From Perkinsus chesapeaki ATCC PRA-425 (lineage: Eukaryota > Protista > Perkinsozoa), in the NCBI GenBank assembly GCA_013115145.1, contig JAAPAO010000349.1, forward strand, positions 1 to 37,255: DNA of 37,255 nt. The letters are read 5' to 3'. A program made the translations under genes and the position numbers. This document shows, in pieces, positions 11,835-23,800 of the stretch. Numbering within the stretch: position 1 is the stretch's first letter; each line of letters begins with the position of its first letter. The notes beneath the pieces are model-generated. The model saw only the letters and a program-made list of their open reading frames with translations, searched no databases and was not told the origin of the DNA.

Positions 11835-12311
11835 AAACAATATGAGAAACAGACAGTAAAACTTAAGAAAGTTACAGTAAGTTTGCCTTCGCATTGTCCC
11901 GATGAAAATGTATTATGTTCGACCATCTATCCATACCGAGCTAAGATACTTTCATCGGTGGAGTCCCCCCTAGCCGTAATGCATCAAAATATGTTGATGT
12001 TGCTATGCGGTATTATTTTGAGCTTTTCTAGATTATCTTCGGTATATATTATTTATCGCTAATCGAAGATCTCGTCTGGGCGAATTTCATGTCTCGACAG
12101 ATAGGTGAACATTTGAAGTGTTCGAGTGTCGTCTCGCGCAGGCACAAACTTCATGCCTTTTTCATTAGTTAATCAAGAATGTTTGTGCCACAAACAGATA
12201 AACAGTGAAACAAATAAAAATTACGTGAAAAAGGTCGTAACCGGGGTTCTAACCCAGGGTCTCTGCGCATGATGTATTTCAGCCAATCTCTATTATTATC
12301 CTGTTCTTTTA
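11835..12311. promoter_or_regulatory. Short divergent (head-to-head) intergenic region between BCAT and capping protein alpha
   Basis: Predicted ATGs at 11834 (-) and 12312 (+) are 477 bp apart and face away from each other. Promoter function is inferred only. Confidence 0.5.
12228..12267 (-). pseudogene. tRNA 3' fragment (His-like, positions ~39-73) with oligo(T) tail
   Basis: Minus strand CGCAG-AGACC-CTGGG-TTAGAAC-CCCGG-TTACGAC-C-TTTTT. The T-stem pairs (one G-T), the loop is one change from TTCGAAC, and CGCAG and TTACGAC resemble eukaryotic tRNA-His (CGCAG / TCACGGC). No 5' half is present. Confidence 0.55.
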
Positions 12312-15300
12312 ATGACAAGTATCGATAATAAAATAATAGTATCTGCTCCTCCGGGGAGCCTGTCGAAGGTAATCATCACACAATTATAGACTTTATCGAA
12401 TTGTAAAATATGAATTATGAATCGGACAAAAGTTTACTGTTATTGTTAATTATTAATACAGAATTGTTGATGTCACTTAAACTCAGAAATATAATAGTGA
12501 TCTTGTATCAGAGGTTATCCTTCACATCTTCGCTACATTGAATCTATTCGCTACCTTTCTTGTCAGGTTTTGGCTGATCTCGCCGTGGTCCTGCCCGATG
12601 TGGAAAACAATCGTCAAGAAGCAATTCGCGAGTAAGTGATAATAAATTAATTCTCGTGGATGGACTTTTCAAATATTTACTCCGAATTTCGGACATGAAA
12701 GTGAATTACGAGTTCGCTCTGCCCAATCGCAGAAGGAAAACGTGAAATGCATGCGGCAAGCTAAGATATGCAGCAGAATTGGTAACATTATGGTGCTGCA
12801 AAATGATCAATGTATATTATTGCGTTATTTATGATACTTTAAAAATATGTGAGAGATGAGAACGCACAGGAAGGATTCACCGGCTGTTCAACAATACTGG
12901 TGAATCGCGACAGTTGCTTACGGTTGGGAAAGTCAAGAAAATGACTCGAAAAATTAAAGATAGAAATGTTGGCAGCCGCATACAAGTGAAGCGGTTTTTG
13001 GTGATTTTTGGTGTTTTCACCTCGTTCTTCGCCTCGTAGAGGCTTATTTCGCGATGTGAAATATAAACTATGTTATTCACTGCTGTTTTCCTTATCCAGG
13101 GTAAAAGCCCACTGTGACGGTAATACCCGTGCCTGTGTGCTCGTCGTTATTATCTACGACCTTGATAATTCTGCCTCCGATTCCCTTTCCTATTGTCACT
13201 TTGTTAATAACAATAATGAACTAGAGGCAAATTAAAATGACCCTGCTCGAATTGATGACATTGCTGTTCGAAGAGAGACGGAACTGGTCTATTAAAAGGC
13301 CGCAGTGTTTGATACATAAAAGCTTGTATCACCTTTACAGCCTGCGGCTCGTCTACACTCGTTTGAAATCGTTCGCTCTTGAGGATCAAAAAATGCTCCT
13401 AACGCGGAGGAGATTCAATGGGATGAGCTTTCGGTATAAAGCACAGCGGGTTTAATGAATATACATTTAAGCATGCAAACAAAGTATTCCAACAAAAGGG
13501 AACAGCAAATGATGTCTCATCTTCCTCCATGACTCACTGATTGAATTGCGTGCATGGCGCTGTAATGCTGCTGCGGCTGCACTCCATCTACACGCTCACC
13601 CGAATGTGTTAACGCTTTGCTTTCATGGATGGTACACGTCCCAAGATAAAGGTTTTAGGAAAGATGTTTTTCAGATATTACGAGCGCATTGGCATAGCAA
13701 TCACATCGTCAGCTGTAGAGGGGGATATTGTGGAAGTGAGTGGCTGAATTTAGTATAATTCTCATACCGATTTTTTCTCAGATTTTGATTTGTCCGCAAG
13801 CAAGAATCGGAGCTTCAGATGAGTATATGGATATTACCGGCAAAAAACAATGTGATAAAAGTTGCATCGCTCCGCTAAGATTTCCAATTTTCAATGATAT
13901 CCATTAGGTATGATTGAATGGAATGAAATCCCGACAATTGTTAAAGTGGGACAGGTAGGTTGAAGCTTGCATTTCATAGCAAAAAAGATATCGATCGTTC
14001 GATCGATCCAGGTGTCAACCGTCCCTTCCGATCTGGAGCCATTATGTGAGCTCATCAGAGAGCAATACAACAAAGATGGTTTTAACTGCGGCGCGTGGAC
14101 GAGGTGAGTCTCGAACGCTTTCCGATAGTTCCCAGGCAGAGCCGTTTTAGGGGCAATGTTATCGATATCGTGAAGTCCAGAATGGCTTTGAGAGAACAAG
14201 GCTTGTGGTAAGTTGGGAATCACTTTTTCGCATGAAGGAGTCGCTTTCTATCGTGACAATTCTCGCGGGCCGCGAATCGCGGCAGATGAGAGCTCCTCAT
14301 TTCGGAGGATTTTCGACGGGCGTATCAATAGACCATTTCTGAGGTGCAGTCTAGAATCTGTTATTATTACCCCTATGATAATTGTATATAACAGTATTAG
14401 CAATGCTTTCAAAACAAAAATAAAATAGGATCTGAAAAGCATTAGTAATTCATGATGCGGTGTTGTCGTACACTGGTACACTGTCTGATTCCGGTCTGTG
14501 AGTTGACGCTTACTCGATTCCTCCGTCATCAGCCAGTGCACTTTTGGATTGTTATTCACGTCTGATCAGGTCAGGTTGTTGGCACGGTGCCTTTGCTATG
14601 ACATGTGATCATGAATCACTAACAGTTGAGGGAAGTATCAAAATTCAGACTCATTTCTGGGAGGACAGCAATGTTCAGGTAAGTCGATCCAGCAAGGAAA
14701 TTATAAATGAGATAGCTTCTCTCTTTTTACTTTCACTGATGTTTAGTGAACCATCCGGGTGTCCTTCCGTTTGCACCCGAGGTGTTTTGTCAACTCCAGG
14801 CAACAGTTCAAAGCGACGATTTTCATGAAGACCAAATTATTATTCGTTTTTCTATTTCAATATTCCCTCAGAGGAATCTACCCGTCTTTGTATTTTATAT
14901 TTTCAGAGTACCTTCACAAGATCTCTGCCACAAACCACCATCCCGAAGACCTCGGATCTAGATTATGTGGCGCGCGAAGTTATCAAGGTTATTACAGATT
15001 TTGAAAATAAGTGCCACGCTGCGATTGATGGGCTAATCACAACTTGGGCACCAGCTGCCTGCAAGGTGAGGAATTTCGTGGCGCAGTGAAATCTCCAGAA
15101 GGCAGTAATGTGTTACTAGTAAGTAATTTCCTCTGTTGTTCTTGCGAAGGATAAGTCTAGAATACTCCAGCACAGTTCGGGTAGCGAACCCTATTTGTTT
15201 ATCGTGGTCTAATTGGTGATATGGTTAACCACATGACCTAGGTGTCGACTCATGTTAAGTGAGATGTTATGGATTATGATTAAACATGAATGACAGTAAT

Positions 15301-15501
15301 TAGGAAGTAGTAAAACTGTTGGGTGATTCAAGACCTAGTTCGGGAACATCTGAGACGGCTGCTGCTCTTCAGGCGTTGAGGAGGAGGCAACCAATGAACG
15401 GGATGAAGTTCGATTGGAACGTTCATCGGCAAACATTAAGTCGAGATCTGACTGACAACACATCACAGTTGATTGATGCTAAGCCCGATAAATGGAAATA
15501 A
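12312..15501 (+). CDS. CAPZA: F-actin capping protein alpha subunit, 10 exons
   Basis: Exons 12312-12368, 12567-12631, 13675-13735, 13782-~13851/13860, 13908-13954, 14012-14103, 14151-14207, 14570-14678, 14907-15065, 15373-15501, phase-consistent. Motifs SAPPG, WSGCW (family WNGRW), IKIQTHFWEDSNVQ (family IKVQVHYYEDGNVQ), KALRRRQPMNGMKFDW (family KALRRQLPVTRTKIDW). The start codon is tentative. Confidence 0.87.
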
Positions 15502-17401
15502 TTAAGTTTCTTGGTGGAACTGAGTTGATTTCGCAAGAGTGGTGACAGGGGATGGTGATTCGGCGGTCAATCTTTACCGAGAATCTAAGGACTGATTTTT
15601 CCAGTTCATCATCCTGGTTGCAATTTGAGCTCATTGCCTGTCTTACTTGCATGCAGTAAATTTATATAAAATGAGCATAACTCCACAAATCGATCGCCCG
15701 ATCGATATTGCTCTGTTCGGCGCGACTTGATTCACTGGCTCCTTGGTAGGTTTTCGGATGGGTTTGCTTCCATTTTGTCGAAGGGAGAAATTATCCGCGA
15801 TCTGCAAATTGCGAAAAGTTTCCTTGAAAAAGGGAAATTCCTCGGCTGATCCTTCGACATCTGAATTGTGCAATTTGTCCCCTTTCTCAGATCGTCGCCT
15901 ATCTGGCCTACAATTATCCATCACTCCGCATCACTCTTGTTGGTCGAGATAAGATACGCTTAAACTATCTGGCAGATCGTCACCACAACGCCGATTTCGA
16001 CGTGGTAAGTTGCTTACCGCCGACTCTTCGTAGGGATGATCCTCAGAGGTTCGAGTCGCCTGATAGCCATGTTAAGTTCAGTCATAGGAATTTTGTTTTT
16101 CATACGAGATTCTCAGTTGCATTGAAAATATTTTCTGCATTCCCTAGCGATATCAAAAAATTGTAGACTTCCGCTCCAAGCGAATCGCTCAACCCAGAAG
16201 TGCATGATTAAGAGAATCACCCTCGCGGTCATACCAAGCCGGCCTATCCGGCTGTTTTCTCACTGTTGGTGGCGGGTATACTCATTGACGGAGTTATCAG
16301 CCTCTTTTCATACTTCGTGGCAATCAAGGGATCGTCAGGGAACGTGGAATCCGCTTTATTATTATATTTATTTATTATTATAACTGTTATTGCAATGGGA
16401 TAGAATCTCGTCTCATGGATATGTTTTGTACGTGAATATACTTAAATAAGTGCTACACAAGCGCAACTGCTACATGTACATATACACTAATGAACATTAC
16501 TTAGTGGGTAATACGCACTAACATTGAACAGTGAATCGTTAATCGGCAGAATACTTGGAAATTGTTAGTTTCTTTTCCGCATTTACGAATTTAACTGTAT
16601 ATGGTGTATAGGTCTTTACCGCCAAAATGGATCGTCTACTTCACAGTACATTCTATCTACGGTAAAAAGTTAAATTGTTGTCTTGTATCAAAATACTTAA
16701 CAGCTAGAGCGTGAACTCTGTTCAAATATGCTCCCCAATATGTTGTTTCAGTACAGCGTCCCGGATATGGCTGATGAATCTGCTCTGAGGGATGTCATCG
16801 CGCGTACCAAAGTTGTTATTTCTGCAGCAGGACCATTTATGAAAATAGGTAACGCTTGCCTGTCATTTTCGGAGCGGGAAGGTCTTGCGTGAGATGGGCC
16901 ACCCATCATGGGTGTATTGGTGAGGTGAGGGGGTGTGAACCAAATCGACCGCGGGGCACGAGTCTAGGGAGTGCAAGTTCGGCTCAAGGTTAGTGATCTT
17001 GAAGCTCGCTTTAAGATCAGCTCTTCCGCGACCTGCACCGGACGGACTAAAGTAACCGGATTCAGACTGAATCTGGTGTTCACACTTTGTTGGCTAAGCC
17101 CCTGGTATGAAGGTAGACTACCCTTGGAAGTTGGGCTGGGCACGAGTCGGTCAGCACAACTCAGTATTTTTCAATGAAGAGTTCATATCTCTATGATTTC
17201 CATCGTTGGAGAGACTTCCGAGCCCGGATTAGCGGAGCAGGGAAATAGCAAACGGCTAAGAATGCTAGACCGTCTTCAGCTCATGAGAACCATTTTATGT
17301 GCAATTTGATTGGAGCTAATCGTTCTTCGAGGCTCTTCGGCTCGAGGACCTCGAGTCTGTTCTTGATACGGGGCCATTTATGAGCGGATTCAGCCAACTT
17401 A

Positions 17402-17455
17402 CCCATTATATTCCCGCCATTATTTCCCCATTATATTTCCCAAATTACCCATTAT
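17402..17455 (+). repeat. Short degenerate CCCATTAT repeat array inside the SCCPDH-like intron 3
   Basis: (C/G)CCATTAT at ~17402, 17416, 17427 and 17448. Confidence 0.6.
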
Positions 17456-17803
17456 TTATTTTATTATTTTCATTATTATTTTGTTGTGACTAGAAGTCGC
17501 ATTGCTCTTGATAAGGGCCAAGAGTCTTGGCAAGAGGCAATCTTTCTTAGCACAGAGGAGAAGCTCAGCTTCAAAAAATGTTCATAAAGTGAACATCTTC
17601 TCAGAGAAGCCCAGGCCGGTCGAGATCTGACGGAAATTTGGTAGAAATTCTTAGCACACACAAAGAAATTCAGCGAAAAGGGCACAGACAAAGGGACTAA
17701 GCAGTATAAGTCCTATGATATTTGCACGAAGCACTTACAATACAGGCAATACGTAGTATTTGCACCCAGAACCTAATTTTAATGAGAGAATTCTGGTCGT
17801 CAG

Positions 17804-19400
17804 TAGAGATTGGCAAATTACCCGGATACGGTTACGGTACGGCACGGGTTGAACCAACCAGTACGGTTTACCGTACGACCGTACGGGTTCAGTTTCCCGG
17901 GAGCCCTTCCAACTCACACCAACACGACAAATTCCTAACACAGAAACTTCACAAACAGAAAACATCTCGTCTGATCGTGTAACGCAAGTACCGCTCAATG
18001 GGAGCGGAGGACCATGAGTGCTTCTAAATCGTCCCCCGATAAACGAGAACGACGGACCCTGCTAAATTAGCAGTGCTACATTAGCACTGCTAAATTAGCA
18101 GTAAATTAGCATTAGCAGTGCTAATGTTACCGGCTTTTGAGAAGGCTTCCTCCGAGGACACGCTGGAGCCTGCGACGCAGGCAATCAAGTGAGAAACTCT
18201 AGTGGGAAGAGGGGTCTGCAGTGTATCCGCGTCTGACCAAAATAACAGAGAATCCCGTTTTCTGTGTCCTTGTGAAGCGAGCCTGTACTCAAATATCTCA
18301 AGCTCCCGTACCAATGTAGAGCTGCTACCAGAGCTATGCCCTACAGATCGACAGAGCTCGCGCAGCATATCATCAGAACCTGGGCTGTTTTCGAGAGTCG
18401 CGAATTCGATCTCGTCAACCTCGTGGATTTCTTCGGACCCATCTTCAAAACCGTAGAAATTCATTATCATTCTGAGAGCTGCTTCACCTTCTTGACGAGT
18501 CACTCGGTACTGCTGTATCGAGGATCAAGAAAAGCAGAAGCGACGCACATAAATCCACAGGTTTCAGAGCATACTCGTAATAGTCTTCCACAGATGAGAC
18601 TAGTGACTTACAAAACAAGCAGCCTTAGACTGGCCATGACTCCGCTTTCTCAGCTGCTTTATGTGTCCACGAACTGTTGGGCGGATGCAAGAAACAGTCA
18701 CGTAGTCGGAACCCGTCAACCTCCTTGTGGCGGCCTCAAAAGGTTGCAGAATGCTTATGAGAGTGTCCACAGTGTCGTGGACACTCGTCCACTCAACACA
18801 TGCTATAATTGTGTTTATGAATATTTAGTTTATAAAAATTGCATCTTCCTATCTCTCACCTCAGACTATTGCCTTATCTTTTTAATGACAGGGAAAGCGA
18901 AAGTTGTTCAAGTATCATCATACTCCCTTGAATATTTAGTATCAGCAGTACAGTGATAGTAATATCTTGGTGGATCCAAATCAGAGCCACGCCTCATTAT
19001 GAAATACTTGGTACCATCGCATAGTAATGCTATTAGATTCTCATTCTCCTCGGGGGAGAGCTCAACTTTTATACCGATTTCTACTATTACCGATGGGGTA
19101 CATAATGGTCGCATATCTATAACCGAGTGTTGCTCATTATTTCAATCTCGAACACCAGCTGTTTCTGACACTCTTACTTGATTCACCCAGGTTGCCTCGA
19201 CTACGGAAAGTTCACAAGACCTCAACGTGTTTCCGCAGGATAATCTCCTGCACCCCATAAGCATTAGTGTTACAATGTGGGGACAGCAGAGCATTTTTTA
19301 CCAACGAGTAGTACAACCAGGTACCCATGTCACATATCTCCAACCGGCTCAGTCCTCAGTTGCTGATAGACATTGCTACTCAAAGCAGCAGTCTTGACCA
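17804..19400 (-). mobile_element. Degenerate hAT DNA transposon (C-terminal transposase remnant plus one terminus) nested in an intron
   Basis: Minus-strand fragments ILQPFEAATRRLTGSDYVTVS (~18752-18690), ASAFLDPRY (~18541-18515) and hATC dimerization-like LLFWS...GSSVSSEEAFSKAGNI (~18250-18125), interrupted by stops and frameshifts. A hAT-like terminus TAGAGATTGGCAA lies at 17804, followed by at least six TACGG/CCGTAC subterminal repeats (17826-17887). The other terminus and a TSD were not found, so the right boundary is approximate. Confidence 0.85.
18059..18125. repeat. Nested palindromic array of TGCTAA/TTAGCA units interrupting the transposase C-terminus
   Basis: CTGCTAAATTAGCAG occurs twice (18059, 18087). 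18059-18101 forms a hairpin with 19/20 matched arms. ATTAGCAGTGCTAAT is at 18111-18125. Confidence 0.8.
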
Positions 19401-20863
19401 AAGTATTCCGGCGACGCTTCCTTGAAGACCCAGAGATCTCCACGCCTGCCAGATGATTACCAGCAGCTTCGGACTCTGGATTCAACAGACTGAAGTCGTG
19501 TACTTGAGCCGGCTCGGCTATACACATGCCCGAGTAGCATAGCCGGACTGCCTTCCTGGAAGCCAGTCGGCTCGACTCGTCAACGAGTCGTTGGCAACGA
19601 GTCGATGTTTGTCTCCGCTTGCATCATCAGTCTATTTTATCTCGTTTTCGCGGGTGGTTAATGCGTGCTCGTTGGAGCCTGTTGAACTTGATTTAATCTT
19701 TGGGCTCCAATGCACAATGTCCATGCATATCTTCGAATGTTTATTTCTATCATTGCTCAGGTACTCCGCTTGTTCGTGTATGCATATCGTGTCATACTCA
19801 CTATTGTGACATCACTGGTGAAACTCCGTGGGTTGCCCGGAATCTTCTACCATTGCATGCGGCAGCGCAAGCTAACAAAACTTACATCGTCAATTTCTGT
19901 GGTTTCGACTCCCAGCCCGCGGACCTACTCGTTGCTGAGGCTCAAAGGATTCTTCAGGAACCACTTGATCGTGCTAATGCCTTGGTGGCCATGCGCGGCT
20001 CCATGAGTGGTGGAACGCTCCGGTCCGGAATCGAAATGGAGGCTCTTCCAGAGATGTCTGATCCTTACTGCCTTGGAGGGTCCCCTGGAAAAGAAAGTGA
20101 GAACGATGCGCATCCGATTGAGCGGAGCGATCGTCTCGGATGTTGGTTGGCTCCATTTGGGATGGCAATGATAAACACGCGAGTGGTGCGCAGAAGTGCC
20201 AGTTTGAAAGGAAGACAGTTCCCATACGGTGAAGCGATGTGCGTTTCTGATGAAAAAACCGCGAAAAGGCTTGCCAGCGTGCCGAGCGCGGAAGTTCGTA
20301 AGAAGCTGGTTGAACGAGGAAAGCTTCCGAGGCCGGGACAGGGACCAGACCCGCTGACACGAACACGTAGCTGGTTCAAATATGTTGTTAGTGCTACCGG
20401 AAAATCCGGTAAGGAGATCTGGCTTCAGCTATCCGGTGGAGACGCGGGTTATGATGAAACTGCTTTGATGGTTTCGGAAGCTGCAGTTGCCCTTCTCAAC
20501 GGCGAGGCCATCTCTGGTCGGTGGGGAGTGGTCACACCTGGGTATGCCTTTGATTCTCAAAAGATGATAAATCGCTTGGTCAATGCTGGTCTGGAATTCC
20601 AACGGCTCCCAGGTGCACCTTCAGTCGGCACGATTCTCGAGCGTCCATCGAGGAACGCAGTCCAAGGGAAGTGGCGCGAAGCTGTCGCTGATATGAGCGC
20701 GATAATGTCACGCTTGTGAGATGATAACAATTGAATTTTCATTCCCGACGACGAGACTTATTTTGATCATCCTTTGTAACGAGTTTCAGAATTGGCGCGG
20801 TATTGTAGTGTTTGTCACACTGGGCGAACGCGATTGCCGTTGAGAAAGTGTAAGATTCTGTAA

Positions 20864-23800
20864 GTGAGCAAGATAGCGAGGATCCAGCACTGTGTCTCTC
20901 CAAAATGGATTTCGGACCGAATCTTACCACAAGCACCTTCAAGTCGGCGACCTTTGCCACTCGTAAGGCTAACCAGAGTTTCATGGCGCAGTGACGTTTG
21001 CTTAGGGGCGGCCAAATTGGATTCTGGGTTGGTCTCTGCTGCCGAGGAGTTCCCTGGCGACGATTCTGAATTCGATATTGATTTTTTGGACTTTCGCCGG
21101 ACACTAATTGACACCATCAAGAGTCTTATCGGTGAGGGAGCTCTTGGAGGAAATGCTAGTTTACTTTGGATTGGGCTCATTCAACGTTAGTATATAGAGA
21201 AGGGAATAAAATCATTGGTCGATACAAAGGAGGATTGAGCTGGAATAGGAATACGATTTCTATAGGATGTTCTGAGGTGGCGCTAGGGTTTAAGGTCAGA
21301 CACACACCGACAAGGATCAGTTCCAAATCCTCGAGGGTGCCGGCTGAATTAGTTCGATGTTTACGGGTTCTGTATGATGAAATTGAACTGACGTGCTTTG
21401 AGTGCTTTAGCAATATTATCGGGAGAGTGCTCAGTCGAATGCCGATCGATGGACGACAGCTGCCGATTCGTTCTCAATTTACTTTACACTTACGAATCAT
21501 AACCGTTCTATAATGAAAGCAATTTACTGGTGTAAAAAAATCATTTTTTGATTTCTTCTGAAAATTTGTGGAGTAAAGGTGGCAAAATTTTTCCCCTCGA
21601 GCTCCTCTTTGAACCCGTTCAAACCTGCGAGATTCGAGACACGTCCGCGTTTTGGGAAAGTTGTTTCTGTCTTATTTTCGGAAATGCGTAATCGAACTAA
21701 ATTCACGTTGCTCTTTTTCAGAGGCGGGTGCCGTCGCCGATTCTCAAGCAGTCATCGATTTGAGTGAGTGAGTCGATCTGAGCCATTCCAATTCTTATTG
21801 TTGTCAGAAAAAAGGCTCAGAGATGTCGAGCGTGATGGCGCATGCCACCGCTGGAACAAGAAAATTAAAAATCCGGAAATCACTCACGGTAGCTTCGCTC
21901 CGCTAGGCTCGTGGATAGTTGGGTTTTGGCAGGGGAGGTGTCAGCTGCTGCGGTGAGGCAAGCGAGGAGGAGGATTAACCAGATGCGGCAGAGGCAGTTA
22001 ATGTCGAGTTCTGATAAGGAAGGGAAAGCTCAAGCAGCATTGGTGCCAATCACAGGTGCTGCATCTACAACCATGCTGAATGTGTTGCTGGCATCATTTT
22101 CCATTCATGTGGTCTTCCGTCATAGGATCCTGTCATGACCATGTTTCTTCTGATGGGCTTCGGAAGTTGATAAATCATGACTGAATCTAGCGATATATAG
22201 TGATGTGGAATATGTCTCCAGGAAATAGGTTTTAATTGACAGAGAAGAGAGTTACTCCAGAAAGTCACTACTGTTAGATTTTCATTATTCTTCGAAGTAG
22301 TTGCCATCATTACAGGCTATTCGGATTCAATAATCTACTTGTCGAGGTTCTCCTCGGCGGCTTTTCGCTTGCACGCGTGCTACCCTAGCAATAGATCTTT
22401 AGGTCACCTCCGTCATTTGTGCCCGAGAGAACCATAGGGAAATGAACCCCTTAACTCCGACCGGAATTTCGGGAAATTTTTCTAGTTTTTCTGTCCCCAG
22501 CAAATGCATATATTTTCCCACACTATCCTGGAAATATTTTAATAGTTTCCTTTTCAACATGGCAAAGTGATGGGTATTGCCGTTTTTCCAGATCCTGTTC
22601 GAGCTTCAGTAGCCATTGTGGACGGTCAAGCCATGCAGAGATTTCGTGCAGCAGCCAGGATACTCTTTTTGGCATACTCATCACAGCAGTACCTCAGAGG
22701 TGAGTCAACGTTAAAATAATATTACCTTCATATGATAATAATCGACATCTTTAATGATCTGGAGGCAAGCTATTTTTAGACTTCTTGATCCAAATGGATC
22801 CCATTTATCAGCACTAGTGACTGGGTTGGTAGTATATTATATAGTTCAATGATAATGACTTGATAATATTACCTACTGTATGGCATTATGATGGTTGTTA
22901 TTCATTTAAATTTTATTTGTTAGCATTTGTATTCTATATCTTAGTGTCGGGTATGGATCGAGTTCAGATTTTCGGAAGCGTGGAATCATCGCGGTTGTTT
23001 GTTCCCTGTAAACAGTAACCTTCACTTGATTATTATATACTGTATTTGATTGATATTGATGCCATCTCATCTGCTGCTGCTGCTGTTGTCAAGCTGTATA
23101 GCGATACTGGTTATCATCGACTCAAGCATCATCAATGCTGCTCCAATTGTTTGTCATTATTATTATAAAAATTAAGTTTTGTAGGAAGGCCTGTGAATAT
23201 CCCTATAAGTCTGTAATTACTGAGCTTTCTGTCTCGAAATTTTGATATCTTCACCACCTTTCTGACACCTCTAGCTGTTTCAGGTGAGCACACAATTCCC
23301 CACGAATTGAACCTCGATGGCTTCGAGCGTCTCTGTGACGAGTAAGGTGTTCTCTGTGCTCTGCCTTGACATTTTTTCAGCTTATCACTGACGCCTATCT
23401 TGATCTCTGAGAGCGAATGCCGGGAGGTGTTCTCGTCAGAGTCCAACGGTGACACCATGAACATCGCAGGCTTCTTCTCCGCTTTGGATGTCATCTCGAA
23501 CGTGTACGCAGATTTGCGCTCGACGGTCGTTGTTTTCACCGTTCGCTCAGGTTTGCTCGGCCACCTCATCAATGTCGACAAGATGATTCTCATCGATTGG
23601 CTTACAAACTTTTCAAGTATATGAACCTTACGCATCCTCATGCTACTGCTCCGGATGGCGGGGAACTTTTACCCTTGCCTACGATCTAGTTGTGACTGAA
23701 AGTGTTATTATTGTGTTATTGGGGACAGCAGCAGCCGCCGACACAAACTAACGCAGAGATGTTAAAGAGTTTTGATACTCTTTACAATGAATACACTTTA

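Larger units (their letters stand above)
15671..20719 (+). pseudogene. Saccharopine dehydrogenase-like oxidoreductase (SCCPDH family) with in-frame TGA in the Rossmann motif; nonsense allele or pseudogene
   Basis: Exons 15671-15745, 15891-16004, 16752-16848, 19761-20719, phase-consistent. Translation MSITPQIDRPIDIALFGAT*FTGSL-IVAYL...ITLVGRD...VISAAGPFMKIG-TPLVRVC...HYCDITGE...CGFDSQPAD...SGGT. The TGA at 15728-15730 replaces the Gly of GATGFTG. The rest of the frame is open. Confidence 0.8.

Noticed and set aside
5224-12292. TAGAGATTGG at 5224 and CCAATCTCTA at 12283-12292 as TIRs of a 7-kb hAT capturing BCAT
   Set aside because: The flanking 8-mers differ (GGACAAAT vs TTATTATC), so there is no TSD. 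There are also no subterminal repeats, and the left word lies inside an intron of another gene.
13546-13758. ORF 13546-13758 as a capping-protein exon
   Set aside because: It has no usable in-frame AG acceptor. The alternative exons 13675-13735 and onward give a phase-consistent, family-like protein.
15671-15745. Stop-codon reassignment (UGA sense) as a genome-wide feature
   Set aside because: The TGA sits at a Gly rather than a Trp position, and calreticulin and the RING gene terminate with TGA normally.
16026-16068. GGTTCGAGTCG B-box-like word early in SCCPDH-like intron 2 as another tRNA-derived intron
   Set aside because: The T-stem does not pair and the spacing to the GACTCTT word does not fit tRNA numbering.
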